A stretch of 64,000 bases of DNA from an uncultured Methylomirabilota bacterium (lineage in GTDB: Bacteria > Methylomirabilota > Methylomirabilia > Methylomirabilales > 2-02-FULL-66-22), in assembly GCA_963705305.1 (NCBI GenBank), contig OY970067.1, forward strand, positions 3,328,001 through 3,392,000. The letters run 5' to 3'. The translations under genes were made by a program, and so were the position numbers. This document shows positions 1 through 9,434 of the stretch, piece after piece; positions within the stretch are counted from its first letter, which is position 1, and each line of letters opens with the position of its first letter. The notes beneath the pieces are model-generated. The model was not told where the DNA came from. It saw nothing but the letters and a program-made list of their open reading frames with translations, and searched no databases.

Positions 1-48
1 GTTGAGACGTTTTCCATCCGGTGCACCTCCGAGCCTGGGTGAGTCGAG

Positions 49-1680
49 ATGCGACTGAAGCAGAGCTTGGAAGGCAAGCTCCTCCTAACTGTCTGCGGCT
101 TCATCTTTCTCTCGATTGGAATCATTACGTGGGTCAACATCCGCTCGGAGCAGACCCGCCTCGTTGACCTCGTCATCGACAATGCCAGCCGATTCAGCGA
201 CACCGTCAAGCGAAGCACCCACTATGCTATGCTCCGGAACCGCTGGGAGGATGCGTTCCAGATCATGCGTGCCATCGGCGCCCAAGAGGGTGTTGACAGG
301 GTTCGAGTGTTCAGCAAAGAGGGCAACATCCTTTTTTCGACCGACCCCGCAGAGGTCGGGAGGGCGGTGGACAAGCGGGCTGAATCCTGCTACGCCTGCC
401 ACGCGGCAGAGCGGCCGATCGAGCGCCTGAACCAGACGGACCGCGCCCGCATCTTCCGCGACAGTGAGGGCAACCGCCTGCTGGGGATGATTACGCCCCT
501 CTACAACGAGCCGGAATGCTACGACGGCTGCCACGTCCATCCTCGGAGTAAGCAGGTGCTGGGGGTCCTGGATATCACCCTGTCGCTCGCGCGGGTCGAC
601 AGAGATACTGCGGCGGCGACCCGACAAACCATGACATTCAGTGCGCTCAGCGTCCTCGTCCTGGCCCTCCTCCTGGCCCTCGTCGTGCGACGCGCTGTGG
701 TCCGCCCCATTCGCGAGCTGGTAGAAGGGACCCGCCACGTGGCCGCCGGCGATCTTGCGCATCGGCTTCCCATCCACAGCTCCGACGAGGTCGGCGAGCT
801 GGCCGGCTCATTCAACCAGATGACGGAAGCCCTGGCCAGGACCAGGGCGGAGCTCAATGGACTGGTGGACACTCTCGAGCAGCGGGTGCACGAGCGCACC
901 CGGGAGCTGCGCGAGACCCAGGCCCAGCTCGTCCAGAACGAGAAACTGGCCTCCCTGGGAAAACTGTCGGCGTCCATCGCCCACGAGATCAACAACCCGC
1001 TCTCCGGCATCCTGACGTACGCCAAACTCATCAGCCGCCGGCTGCGCGCCAACAACCAGCCCGGCCCGGAAGAGGTCATGACGGCGCTGAAGCAGCTGGC
1101 CCTGGTCGAGCGCGAGACGCAGCGCTGCTCCAGCATCGTGCGCAACCTCCTGGACTTCTCCCGCCAGCGCGAGCCTGCCTTCCAGGATGTGGACATCCGC
1201 GCCGTCTTGGAGGAAACGATTCACCTGGTGGCCAACCGGATGGCGATGCAGAACATCACCATCGAGCAGCAGACACCGCCGGTGCCGCCGGTACGAGCCG
1301 ACTTCGGTCAGCTCCGGCAGGCCGTGGTGAACATCCTGTTGAATGCCTGCGAGGCGATGGAGAAAGGGGGGACCCTGCGGGTGGTCGTGCGGGAGGTCTC
1401 CGAGGCCGAGGGCGGCACGGGCGGGCCCGACAGGCCTGCGAAAGGCCGCCTGTTCACCGAGATCGCCATCAGCGACACGGGGCCGGGGATTCCACCGGAG
1501 TATCTGTCCAAGATCTTCGATCCCTTTTTTTCAACCAAGGAAAAGGGAACAGGATTGGGCCTGTCCGTCGTGTACGGGATCGTGGAGAAGCACGGGGGGA
1601 AGATCGCCGTGGACAGCCAGGTCGGGCGGGGCACCACCGTGACCCTGCGGATTCCCGCCTCAACGTCCGGGTCCGCGTGA
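49..1680 (+). CDS. Sensor histidine kinase (2 TM, periplasmic c-type heme motifs, HAMP, HisKA, HATPase)
   Basis: H-box AHEINNPL, N-box NILLNACEAM, DTGPGI, FDPFFSTK, GTGLGL; periplasmic CYACH and CYDGCH. Confidence 0.95.
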   Translation: MRLKQSLEGKLLLTVCGFIFLSIGIITWVNIRSEQTRLVDLVIDNASRFSDTVKRSTHYAMLRNRWEDAFQIMRAIGAQEGVDRVRVFSKEGNILFSTDPAEVGRAVDKRAESCYACHAAERPIERLNQTDRARIFRDSEGNRLLGMITPLYNEPECYDGCHVHPRSKQVLGVLDITLSLARVDRDTAAATRQTMTFSALSVLVLALLLALVVRRAVVRPIRELVEGTRHVAAGDLAHRLPIHSSDEVGELAGSFNQMTEALARTRAELNGLVDTLEQRVHERTRELRETQAQLVQNEKLASLGKLSASIAHEINNPLSGILTYAKLISRRLRANNQPGPEEVMTALKQLALVERETQRCSSIVRNLLDFSRQREPAFQDVDIRAVLEETIHLVANRMAMQNITIEQQTPPVPPVRADFGQLRQAVVNILLNACEAMEKGGTLRVVVREVSEAEGGTGGPDRPAKGRLFTEIAISDTGPGIPPEYLSKIFDPFFSTKEKGTGLGLSVVYGIVEKHGGKIAVDSQVGRGTTVTLRIPASTSGSA

Positions 1681-1686
1681 GGCAGC

Positions 1687-2250
1687 ATGGAACAACAGGA
1701 GGCGATCCTCCTGGAATGGTTCGGTGAGCAGTCGATGGACGGCGCGCTTCTGGAGCGGGTCCGGCGGAAGGTTGGGGCGGCGTTCGCCGTGCCGACCGGC
1801 CTCAGTGCTGTGAACGGCCCACCGGCCGACACGCTAGATGCCCGCCGGAGGCAGCGCTCTTCGACGAAGATTCTCCGCTGGATGCTGGAGCGGGCCCCGT
1901 CGGGCGCCGGGAAGAGGCTGGGTATCACGGATGCGGACCTGTTCATTCCCGCCCTCACGTTCGTGTTCGGGGAGGCACAGGTCGGCGGGCGGGTCGGGGT
2001 GGTGAGTATGGCGCGACTCCATTTCACCTATGACGGCCAGTCTTTGGACCCGCCGGCCGTGGAGGCGCGGCTGGTCAAGGAATGCCTCCACGAATTGGGA
2101 CACACCTTCGGGCTGGTGCATTGCCCTGACCCGGCTTGCGTGATGTCCCGCTCGAACTCATTGCTGGATGTGGATCAAAAGCAGCCAGAGTTCTGCCGCG
2201 ACTGTCGATTGCGGCTCCAGGACCTGCAAAAGAAGAGGGACGCGTCATGA
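1687..2250 (+). CDS. Archaemetzincin-family (M54) zinc metallopeptidase
   Basis: HELGHTFGLVHC-x4-CVM zinc motif, FVFGEA, C-terminal FCxxC. Confidence 0.9.
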   Translation: MEQQEAILLEWFGEQSMDGALLERVRRKVGAAFAVPTGLSAVNGPPADTLDARRRQRSSTKILRWMLERAPSGAGKRLGITDADLFIPALTFVFGEAQVGGRVGVVSMARLHFTYDGQSLDPPAVEARLVKECLHELGHTFGLVHCPDPACVMSRSNSLLDVDQKQPEFCRDCRLRLQDLQKKRDAS

Positions 2251-3608
2251 AAGGCAAAGGGCCCATCCTGGTGGTAGACGATGAGGAAATCGTCCGAGAT
2301 TCCCTGGCCAGCTGGCTGGAGGAGGACGGCTATCAGGTGGACACCGCGGCGGACGGGCCCGCCGCTCTGGGTCGCCTGGCCGAAAAGGCCTATGCCATCC
2401 TCCTGGTGGACCTGAAGATGCCGGGAATGGACGGGCTGCAGGTCCTGGCACAGGCCCGCACCATCCAGCCGGATGCGGCGGTCATCATCATGACGGCCTA
2501 CGCCACGGTGGATACCGCGGTCCAGGCGATGAAGCAGGGGGCCCATGATTACCTGGTGAAGCCCTTCGAGCCGGAAGAGCTCTCCCAGATGGTAAGCCGG
2601 TTGACGCAGCAGCGGAACCTCCAGCGGGAAAACGTCCTGTTGCGGCGCGCGCTCAAGCACCAGGTGTCCTTCAAGGATATGGTGAGCAAGAGCCCCAAGA
2701 TGGAGGCCGTGTTCGAACTGGCGCGGACGGCCGCCAAGAGCCAATCCACCGTGCTAATTTTGGGAGAGAGCGGCACGGGCAAGGAGATGCTGGCCCGGGC
2801 TATCCACGAGGAAAGTCCGCGGAAGGACAAGCCCTGGCTGGCTGTCTCGTGCGCGGCGCTGACCGAAAGCCTCTTGGAGAGCGAACTCTTTGGTCATGAG
2901 CGGGGGGCGTTTACCGGTGCGGTCGGCAGCGCCCGGGGGAAGTTCGAGCTGGCATCCGGCGGGACCCTGTTCCTGGACGAAATCGGAGACATCAGCCCGA
3001 AACTTCAGCTGGACCTCCTGCGGGTCCTGGACGCCCGGGAGTTTTCCCGCGTGGGAGGATCCCAAATCATCAAGACCGATGTCAGGATCATCGCGGCCAC
3101 CAACCGCGACCTCAGGAAGCTGGTGGAGGCCGGCCATTTCCGCGAGGACCTATTTTACCGGCTGAATGTCATCCCCATCAGCCTTCCGCCGCTGCGGGAA
3201 CGGAAGGAAGATATCCCGCTGCTGGTCGAACACTTCCTGGGCCTGCTCCGTACGGAGCTGGAGAAGCCGCTGGAAGGCATCTCCTCGGAAGGAATGGAGA
3301 ATCTTTCCGGCTATGATTGGCCGGGGAACGTCCGGGAATTGAGGAATGTCCTCGAGCGGGGGGCGGTTATGGCGCGCGGCCCCCTTCTCACGCCGTCGGA
3401 CCTCGATCTGGCCCGCACGGGGTCCCCAACCCCCGAGCCGGCCTCAAACGGGGCCGGGGGTTCACTCAAGGACGTCGAGCGACGGCATATCGAGGCGATC
3501 CTCAAACAGCACAACTGGAATATCACTCGGTCGGCGAAGGCCCTTGGAATCGACCGCGTAACCTTGTACAACAAAATTAAACGGTACGACATCCAGGAGA
3601 ACGAATGA
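2247..3608 (+). CDS. Sigma-54-dependent response regulator (receiver, AAA+, Fis HTH)
   Basis: ILVVDDE, DLKMPG, GESGTGKE, GAFTGA, WPGNVREL; ATG 2247 overlaps upstream stop (ATGA). Confidence 0.95.
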   Translation: MKGKGPILVVDDEEIVRDSLASWLEEDGYQVDTAADGPAALGRLAEKAYAILLVDLKMPGMDGLQVLAQARTIQPDAAVIIMTAYATVDTAVQAMKQGAHDYLVKPFEPEELSQMVSRLTQQRNLQRENVLLRRALKHQVSFKDMVSKSPKMEAVFELARTAAKSQSTVLILGESGTGKEMLARAIHEESPRKDKPWLAVSCAALTESLLESELFGHERGAFTGAVGSARGKFELASGGTLFLDEIGDISPKLQLDLLRVLDAREFSRVGGSQIIKTDVRIIAATNRDLRKLVEAGHFREDLFYRLNVIPISLPPLRERKEDIPLLVEHFLGLLRTELEKPLEGISSEGMENLSGYDWPGNVRELRNVLERGAVMARGPLLTPSDLDLARTGSPTPEPASNGAGGSLKDVERRHIEAILKQHNWNITRSAKALGIDRVTLYNKIKRYDIQENE

Positions 3609-3614
3609 GCCTAC

Positions 3615-3789
3615 CGTCGAATATAGCAACACCATGTTGTGAATCTATACACGCATCCGATCTGAACGAATGAATCACAGATTCAATTGGTTATGGCAAT
3701 AACATTCCTGAGTGTTGAATTCAACTACAATTGACCTCCCGTCAGCGTTTCCTTTCTCTACACTCCGTTTAAACCGTAACTAGTTGAAT
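3615..3789. promoter_or_regulatory. Putative enhancer (UAS) sites and IHF-like sites
   Basis: Three 17-bp TGT-N11-ACA-type motifs (3615-3631 imperfect, 3635-3651, 3713-3729); ATTCAA-N4-TTA at 3681-3693 and on the reverse strand at 3777-3789; AT-rich. Confidence 0.55.
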
Positions 3790-3829
3790 ATAGATTGGAA
3801 AACTCCAACGCTACTGGAGTCGTGCGCGG

Positions 3830-3845
3830 TGGCATGAGAATTGAC
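3830..3845 (+). promoter_or_regulatory. Sigma-54 (-24/-12) promoter
   Basis: TGGCATG-AGAA-TTGAC vs consensus TGGCACG-N4-TTGCW, directly downstream of a sigma-54 activator gene. Confidence 0.7.
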
Positions 3846-3882
3846 TATCCCTATTGGTAAACATCTGGGGGAGAACTCCAAC

Positions 3883-4104
3883 ATGCGATGTCCATTTTTC
3901 GAAGAGGTGGTGGTCGCGTTCTGCCGGGCTTACCCGGTGAAGAAGATGGTCCCTAGCGACCGTATTCAGGCCGACTGCATTTGCACGTGCGAGACCTTTA
4001 CGGATTGCCCTCTGTTCCAGGAAATCATGGCCAAGGTCGAGGGGACACACGCGAAGAAAGCGGAGCTCGATGCAGAACAGGAAAAAGAAGCCGGATCGTC
4101 GTGA
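3883..4104 (+). CDS. Small Cys-rich protein (CPF...C...CxCxC...CPLF)
   Basis: GGGGAG RBS, MRCPFFEEVVVAFC...DCPLFQE; first gene after the sigma-54 promoter. Confidence 0.7.
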   Translation: MRCPFFEEVVVAFCRAYPVKKMVPSDRIQADCICTCETFTDCPLFQEIMAKVEGTHAKKAELDAEQEKEAGSS

Positions 4105-4152
4105 CGCCCCGAGGGGCAGCTGGGGCGGATCAAGAGCGAGAGGAGGCGGGTC

Positions 4153-4857
4153 ATGGTTGCCATCTTGGTTGTGTTGACCATTGTGCTTTTCGTGGCTGCG
4201 GACCTTGTGGTGGAGTGGCTGCGGGTTCGGCGAGCCGTACCCGCCGCTGCGCCAAAACCGGCGGGGGCCTTCCCCGACATGATTCTGCCAAAACTCCAGG
4301 CCGATCGGTTTATGCTGCCGGGGGGCCTGTTCTTTCATCGGAGCCACACCTGGGCGAACCTCCTCTTTTCGGGGCAGGTGAAGGTCGGGGTGGACGATTT
4401 CCTCCAGCGGGTCCTGGGCCACGTGGATGCCATCACGCTGCCCGCGGTGGGCGCACAGGTCAAAGAGGGGCAGCCGCTCGCGGTCATTCGGCAGGGCGGT
4501 CGAACGGCAACGCTCCGGTCTCCCGTGGACGGCGTGATCTGTGCGGTGAATGAAGAGGTGGCCAAGCTTCCCAGCTTGGTGAAGCGGGATCCGTACACGC
4601 GGGGATGGCTGGTGGCCGTCCGGCCCGCGAATCTGGCGGCCAATTTCCCCCGGCTCATGGTCGGAGAGCAGGCCCTGAGCTGGCTGAAGAGCGAACTGGA
4701 TCGCCTGACGCAGCTCCTGCGGTCCGCCCTGATGCAAAAGGGGGATGCCCTGCTCGGGGCCACCGCGGCGGACGGCGGGGTGATGGTCGACGGCGTCCTG
4801 GAGCATCTGGACGACGAGACCTGGTCGGAGTTCCAGTCCAGGTTCCTGGCGGGGTAG
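4153..4857 (+). CDS. Membrane-anchored glycine cleavage H-like (GcvH-fold) protein lacking the lipoyl lysine
   Basis: HTWA, VGVDDF, SPVDGVICAVN, DPYTRGWL match GcvH; IRQGGR replaces ESVKA; N-terminal TM helix. Confidence 0.85.
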   Translation: MVAILVVLTIVLFVAADLVVEWLRVRRAVPAAAPKPAGAFPDMILPKLQADRFMLPGGLFFHRSHTWANLLFSGQVKVGVDDFLQRVLGHVDAITLPAVGAQVKEGQPLAVIRQGGRTATLRSPVDGVICAVNEEVAKLPSLVKRDPYTRGWLVAVRPANLAANFPRLMVGEQALSWLKSELDRLTQLLRSALMQKGDALLGATAADGGVMVDGVLEHLDDETWSEFQSRFLAG

Positions 4858-4918
4858 GGCGCGGACAGGGAGAACAGGGTCGTCGCGCTGAGGGAATGCT
4901 GGATCGGAGGATCTGTTC

Positions 4919-5278
4919 ATGGGCACACGAGGGGGGAAGTGGGTTCTCGGGATCGCAGGCGCTGTGCTCCTGCTCCTCGGAGGATATGCGGCCGCAGATC
5001 AGCTGCGGCTGCCGGCGGACTACACCTTCCCGCCCCTTGCGGCGAGCCCGGGGCCGGTCGTCTACAGTCATGAGTTCCATGCCGCCTTTGCGGACAAGTG
5101 CACCGTTTGCCACGTCCAGCTGTTTCCAATTCTGCATCCGACCCCGCACGTCAGCCACAGCGAGATGAACGCCGGCAGGTCCTGTGGAGCGTGCCATAAC
5201 GGTCAGATGGCATTCGGCACGGCCGATCCTGCCAGCTGCGAAAGGTGCCACGCTTCGAAGTCGAGGAGATCGTCATGA
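4919..5278 (+). CDS. Periplasmic triheme c7-type cytochrome c
   Basis: Signal peptide; CTVCH, CGACH, CERCH plus SHEFH and SH distal His. Confidence 0.9.
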   Translation: MGTRGGKWVLGIAGAVLLLLGGYAAADQLRLPADYTFPPLAASPGPVVYSHEFHAAFADKCTVCHVQLFPILHPTPHVSHSEMNAGRSCGACHNGQMAFGTADPASCERCHASKSRRSS

Positions 5279-6045
5279 AGGCCGGCGTCCTTTTCGACAG
5301 CACCAAGTGCCTCGACTGCGAGGCGTGTGTGGCGGCATGCAAGGAGAAGAACGGCCTGCCGCCGAAGATCGACCCGAAACTGACCGCCTACACGTGGACG
5401 GTGGTGGAGGAGCACCAGAAAGCCTTCGTCCGCCGTATGTGCATGCACTGCGAGTCTCCGACCTGCGCGTCGGTCTGCCCGGTGGGGGCCTTTCGCAAGA
5501 CGCCCAGCGGTCCGGTGGTGTACGACGCCAGCCGTTGCATCGGCTGTCGATATTGCATCATGGCCTGCCCGTTCAACATCCCCAAGTACCAGTGGGACCG
5601 GACCATCCCCATCGTCCAGAAATGCATGCTGTGCGCCGACCGGATTGCGGCAGGCCAGTCGCCGGCCTGCGCGGCCGTCTGCCCCACCGGGGCCACCCAA
5701 TTCGGCGATCGCGACGATCTGATCCAGGAGGCGCAACGCCGGTTGAAAGCCGCCCCGGGCAAGTACGTCCCGCGGATCTACGGAATCGAGGAGGTGGGGG
5801 GAACCTCCGTGCTCATGATGTCCAGCGTTCCGTTCGCCCAGCTGGGCTTCCGGCCCAATCTTCCAGATGCGCCACTGCCGAATTTGACCTGGCGGGTCCT
5901 CTCGGAACTGCCGAATGTGGTCATGGTGGGAGGGGTGCTCCTGTACGGGATCTGGTGGATTACGAACCGCCGCACCCTGGTTCAGCAGATGGAGGCGGAG
6001 GAGGCGAAAGGGCGCCTGCCCAAGGACGGCCGCAGCTCCGGCTAG
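5275..6045 (+). CDS. 4Fe-4S dicluster electron-transfer subunit (HybA/HmcB/NrfC-like) with C-terminal TM
   Basis: CLDCEACVAAC, CMHCESPTCASVCP, CIGCRYCIMACP, KCMLC...PACAAVCP; ATGA overlap. Confidence 0.92.
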   Translation: MKAGVLFDSTKCLDCEACVAACKEKNGLPPKIDPKLTAYTWTVVEEHQKAFVRRMCMHCESPTCASVCPVGAFRKTPSGPVVYDASRCIGCRYCIMACPFNIPKYQWDRTIPIVQKCMLCADRIAAGQSPACAAVCPTGATQFGDRDDLIQEAQRRLKAAPGKYVPRIYGIEEVGGTSVLMMSSVPFAQLGFRPNLPDAPLPNLTWRVLSELPNVVMVGGVLLYGIWWITNRRTLVQQMEAEEAKGRLPKDGRSSG

Positions 6046-6090
6046 CGCCGCGAGATCGACGGGCATGCGGGAAGGATGAGGGGGATCGAG

Positions 6091-7326
6091 ATGGCGACCA
6101 GGCAATGGCCTCGGGTGACGTTCTGGCGGGTGGTGTTCTGTCTGCTGATGGGGGCGGGGGCGGTGGCGACCGTCGTCCGCTTCGGCTGGGGGCTGGGAGC
6201 CAGCACCCATCTGAGCGACCAGTTTCCCTGGGGGTTGTGGATCGGCTTCGACATCCTGTGCGGGGTGGGCCTGGCGGCAGGAGGGTTTGCGCTGACGGGT
6301 GCCGTCTACCTGTTCAATCTCAAGCGGTTCACCCCGATCGTGCGGCCGACCGTCCTCACGGCCTTCCTGGGATACGTCTTCGTGAGCGTGGCCCTCTTGT
6401 ACGACATTGGACGACCCCTTCGGATCTGGCACGCCATGATCATGTGGAACCCCCACTCGGTGATGTTCGAGGTGGCCTGGTGCGTCATGCTCTACACCAC
6501 CATTCTGTCGCTGGAATTCTCCCCCGTGGTGTTCGAGCGGCTGAATCTGGAGCGTCCGCGGCGCATCGTCCGGGGCATCACCGTTCCGCTGGTGATCGTC
6601 GGGGTGCTTCTGTCGACGCTCCACCAGTCCTCTCTCGGCACGCTGTTCCTGATCGTCCCGGAGAAGCTTCATCCCCTCTGGTACACGCCGCTCCTGCCGG
6701 TGTTCTTCTTCCTCTCGGCCATCGCCGCCGGGCTGGGGATGGTGATCGTGGAGTCCTATCTCAGTCAGCGGGCATTCAAGCGCAATCTGGAGATGGAGCT
6801 CCTGGAGCCGCTGGGGCGGACGATCGTGGTCCTGCTCAGCGTCTACGGGGTCCTGCGCCTCCAGGATCTGGCGGGTCGGGGCGCGTTGGCAGGGCTCACG
6901 ACGTTGAGCTACGAGGGCTCGATGTTCCTGATCGAGTTCGTCCTGGGCGTGATCCTGCCCATTCTGGTCCTGGCAAACCCGAAGGTTCGCCTGCGGCCGC
7001 GTGGGCTGGTGACGGGCGCCTTTCTCACCGTGCTTGGCTTCGTCATGAACCGGCTGAATGTCAGCGTGACCGGTATGGAGCATGCAGCGGGCGTCAGCTA
7101 TTTCCCCTCCTGGGAAGAAATAGCCATTTCGTTGGCCCTGGTGGCCGCGGGCTTTGCCATCTTCGGGCAGGCGGTCCAACACTTGCCGATCTTCCCGGAG
7201 GAGCGGGGAGAAGGATCCGGGGCCCACGCGGCCCCGACGTGGGTCCCCCCGGCATCGCCGCTGGCCGGATTTGCAGAGGGAGCCTCCTTCCCCGTTCCCA
7301 GGCCCGACAGCGGGGCCTCGGACTGA
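6091..7326 (+). CDS. NrfD/PsrC-family polytopic membrane subunit (HybB/HmcC-like)
   Basis: PWGLWIGFD, DIGRP, SVMFEVAWCV, LSTLHQSSLG, LHPLW. Confidence 0.92.
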   Translation: MATRQWPRVTFWRVVFCLLMGAGAVATVVRFGWGLGASTHLSDQFPWGLWIGFDILCGVGLAAGGFALTGAVYLFNLKRFTPIVRPTVLTAFLGYVFVSVALLYDIGRPLRIWHAMIMWNPHSVMFEVAWCVMLYTTILSLEFSPVVFERLNLERPRRIVRGITVPLVIVGVLLSTLHQSSLGTLFLIVPEKLHPLWYTPLLPVFFFLSAIAAGLGMVIVESYLSQRAFKRNLEMELLEPLGRTIVVLLSVYGVLRLQDLAGRGALAGLTTLSYEGSMFLIEFVLGVILPILVLANPKVRLRPRGLVTGAFLTVLGFVMNRLNVSVTGMEHAAGVSYFPSWEEIAISLALVAAGFAIFGQAVQHLPIFPEERGEGSGAHAAPTWVPPASPLAGFAEGASFPVPRPDSGASD

Positions 7327-7455
7327 CGGCGGGGAGGGCGCCCTTCCGCGAGGCAGCGGCGGAATGGCGCCCCCCCGCGTGGCGCTTTGGCCTCGCGGGC
7401 GTTCGTCGGGCCATCCCGGAAATGACGGAATCCCCGATCCGCCGGCTCACCGGCC

Positions 7456-7484
7456 TTGACACTCACCCAGACCTCAAGTAACGT
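7456..7484 (+). promoter_or_regulatory. Sigma-70 promoter for the TolC gene
   Basis: TTGACA-17 bp-TAACGT. Confidence 0.6.
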
Positions 7485-7734
7485 TTCCCAGTCGTCGTTT
7501 CCCCCCTGAGCGTCGGCGGTGTCTGGAACGAATCTCCGCGGGGCCAAGGACAGGACCGCGCGCCGGTTCCGGAGACGGCCCCGTCTCCAGGATGGCGGGT
7601 GGGCCGTCCTCAGAATGGATGGGCCGGGCCCGGCCCGGCGAAAGAGCGCCGAGGGGTACTCAGCCACGATGAAGCTGCGCTGGCTGCCTGGACGCGGCGG
7701 GAAGCGCGTGCGTCGGCGTGCGAAAGGAGCCATC

Positions 7735-9297
7735 ATGCCACGATTGGTCAAACTGGCCGTGCGGCCGCTGTTGATGTTGTCCCTCCTTGGCCTCGTCCTG
7801 CCGGGTGCCGCGGCGTGGGGGGCCGACAGCTGGAGCAGCCTCAAGCTGGACCTGCATTTCGCGCAGGCGGGAGCGGTGCAACCTCCGGGCGGCGGCTCGG
7901 GGGGAACCCTGGCATTGTCGCTTCGGGACAGCATCGTGCGGGCGCTCCAGAACAACCTGGACATCCAGGTGCAGGGATTTAACCCCCAAGTCAGCCAGCA
8001 GGCCCTGATCGGCCAGCAGGCGCAGTTCGACCCGAGCGCCTTCCTGGAGGCGACCCGTACGGACGACCGCTATCCGCCCCAGTCCTACAGCGGATATTCG
8101 ACGTTGTTCTCATACGACCAGTGGAACTTGAACACGGGTCTGCGGCAGAAGATCCTCACGGGCGGGACGTACGAGCTGCGCTTCAACAACGAACGCTTCA
8201 ATGCGGCGAGCCTCAACACATCCGCCTTCAGCAGCGCGGTCGGGATCACCCTGACCCAGCCGCTGCTCAAGAATTTCGGCTTCGACGCCAACGAGACGAG
8301 CATCAAGATCGCAGGCAACAACCAGTCCATTTCCCGGGAGCAGCTGCGGTTGGAGATTAGCAATGTGGTGACGCAAGTGCAGAACGACTATTTCGATCTG
8401 ATCTTTGCCATCCGCAACTTGGAAGTCCAGCGCCAGGCGTTGAAGCTGGCACAGGACCTGGTGGCGCTGAACAAGGCGCGCGTGCGGGCGGGGGTGGCCG
8501 CCCCCGTGGAGGTGACCCAGGCGGAAGCCCAGGCGGCGGCCGGGGTGCAGAACGTCATCCTTGGGGAGAAGGCGGTTCAGGATGCCGAGGACGCGCTCAA
8601 AGTCGACATGAACCTGCCCAGCGGCGCCGGCTGGTCGCAGCGGATCCAGCCCATCACCCCGCCGACGGAAGTCATGACGCCGGTTGACCTGGACCGCAGC
8701 ATCGAGCTGGCCCTGGAAAATCGCTACGAGTATAAGAGCGCCAAGCTCGACATCCAGAACAAGGAGCTGTCGACCCGGCTGGCCCGGAACCAGCTATTGC
8801 CGGACTTGGCCCTCACCGGAAGCGTGTTCTCCAATGGCGGAGGCAACCTCTACGGCAGCGACATCAGCAACTTGGGCTCCAGCCACTTCGCCTCCTACTC
8901 GGTGGGAGTCGTCCTAACCGTGCCCCTGGGGAATCGAGCCGCGAAGTCCAACTACATTCAGGCGAAGCTGACGGAGGATCAGTCCAAGACGTCCCTCAAA
9001 AGCCTCCAATTGCAGATCACCCAGCAGGTCCGAGCGACTGTCCGGACCCTTCAGGCGGACGCGCAGCGGATCGAGGCGAACCGGGCGGCCCGGGTCTTGG
9101 CGGAAGAGCAGCTTCGGGTGGAGCAGCGGCGCCTCGAGGCCGGGGTCAGCACGACCTTCAACGTGCTGCAGTTCCAGACCCAGCTGGCGACGGCGGAGGC
9201 CAATGAGATCCAGGCCATCACCGCCTACAACAAGGATCTGGCCAACCTGCAGAGCGTTCAGGGGACGGTGCTGCAATACAACAAGATCGAAATGTAG
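7735..9297 (+). CDS. TolC-family outer membrane efflux protein
   Basis: AAGGAG RBS; signal peptide; ALQNNLDI, LTQPLLKNFG, LLPDLAL, two OEP repeats. Confidence 0.9.
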   Translation: MPRLVKLAVRPLLMLSLLGLVLPGAAAWGADSWSSLKLDLHFAQAGAVQPPGGGSGGTLALSLRDSIVRALQNNLDIQVQGFNPQVSQQALIGQQAQFDPSAFLEATRTDDRYPPQSYSGYSTLFSYDQWNLNTGLRQKILTGGTYELRFNNERFNAASLNTSAFSSAVGITLTQPLLKNFGFDANETSIKIAGNNQSISREQLRLEISNVVTQVQNDYFDLIFAIRNLEVQRQALKLAQDLVALNKARVRAGVAAPVEVTQAEAQAAAGVQNVILGEKAVQDAEDALKVDMNLPSGAGWSQRIQPITPPTEVMTPVDLDRSIELALENRYEYKSAKLDIQNKELSTRLARNQLLPDLALTGSVFSNGGGNLYGSDISNLGSSHFASYSVGVVLTVPLGNRAAKSNYIQAKLTEDQSKTSLKSLQLQITQQVRATVRTLQADAQRIEANRAARVLAEEQLRVEQRRLEAGVSTTFNVLQFQTQLATAEANEIQAITAYNKDLANLQSVQGTVLQYNKIEM

Positions 9298-9434
9298 TCG
9301 GGACAGAGATGCCGTGCGGCGGCAGGGCCGGCAGATTGCCGCACGTTTTTGGCCCTTGGCAGAGGGCGGGAGGCGCCCCCCATGCGCGGAACCTCAGGAA
9401 CGAGGCTGCTTCTGACCGCAGGGATCCCGGCCTA

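Noticed and set aside
4153..4857. Glycine cleavage system
   Set aside because: No lipoyl Lys and no gcvP/gcvT
7490..7734. Structured tolC leader or longer N-terminus from 7519
   Set aside because: Stems are explicable by GC content; RBS and signal peptide support the 7735 start
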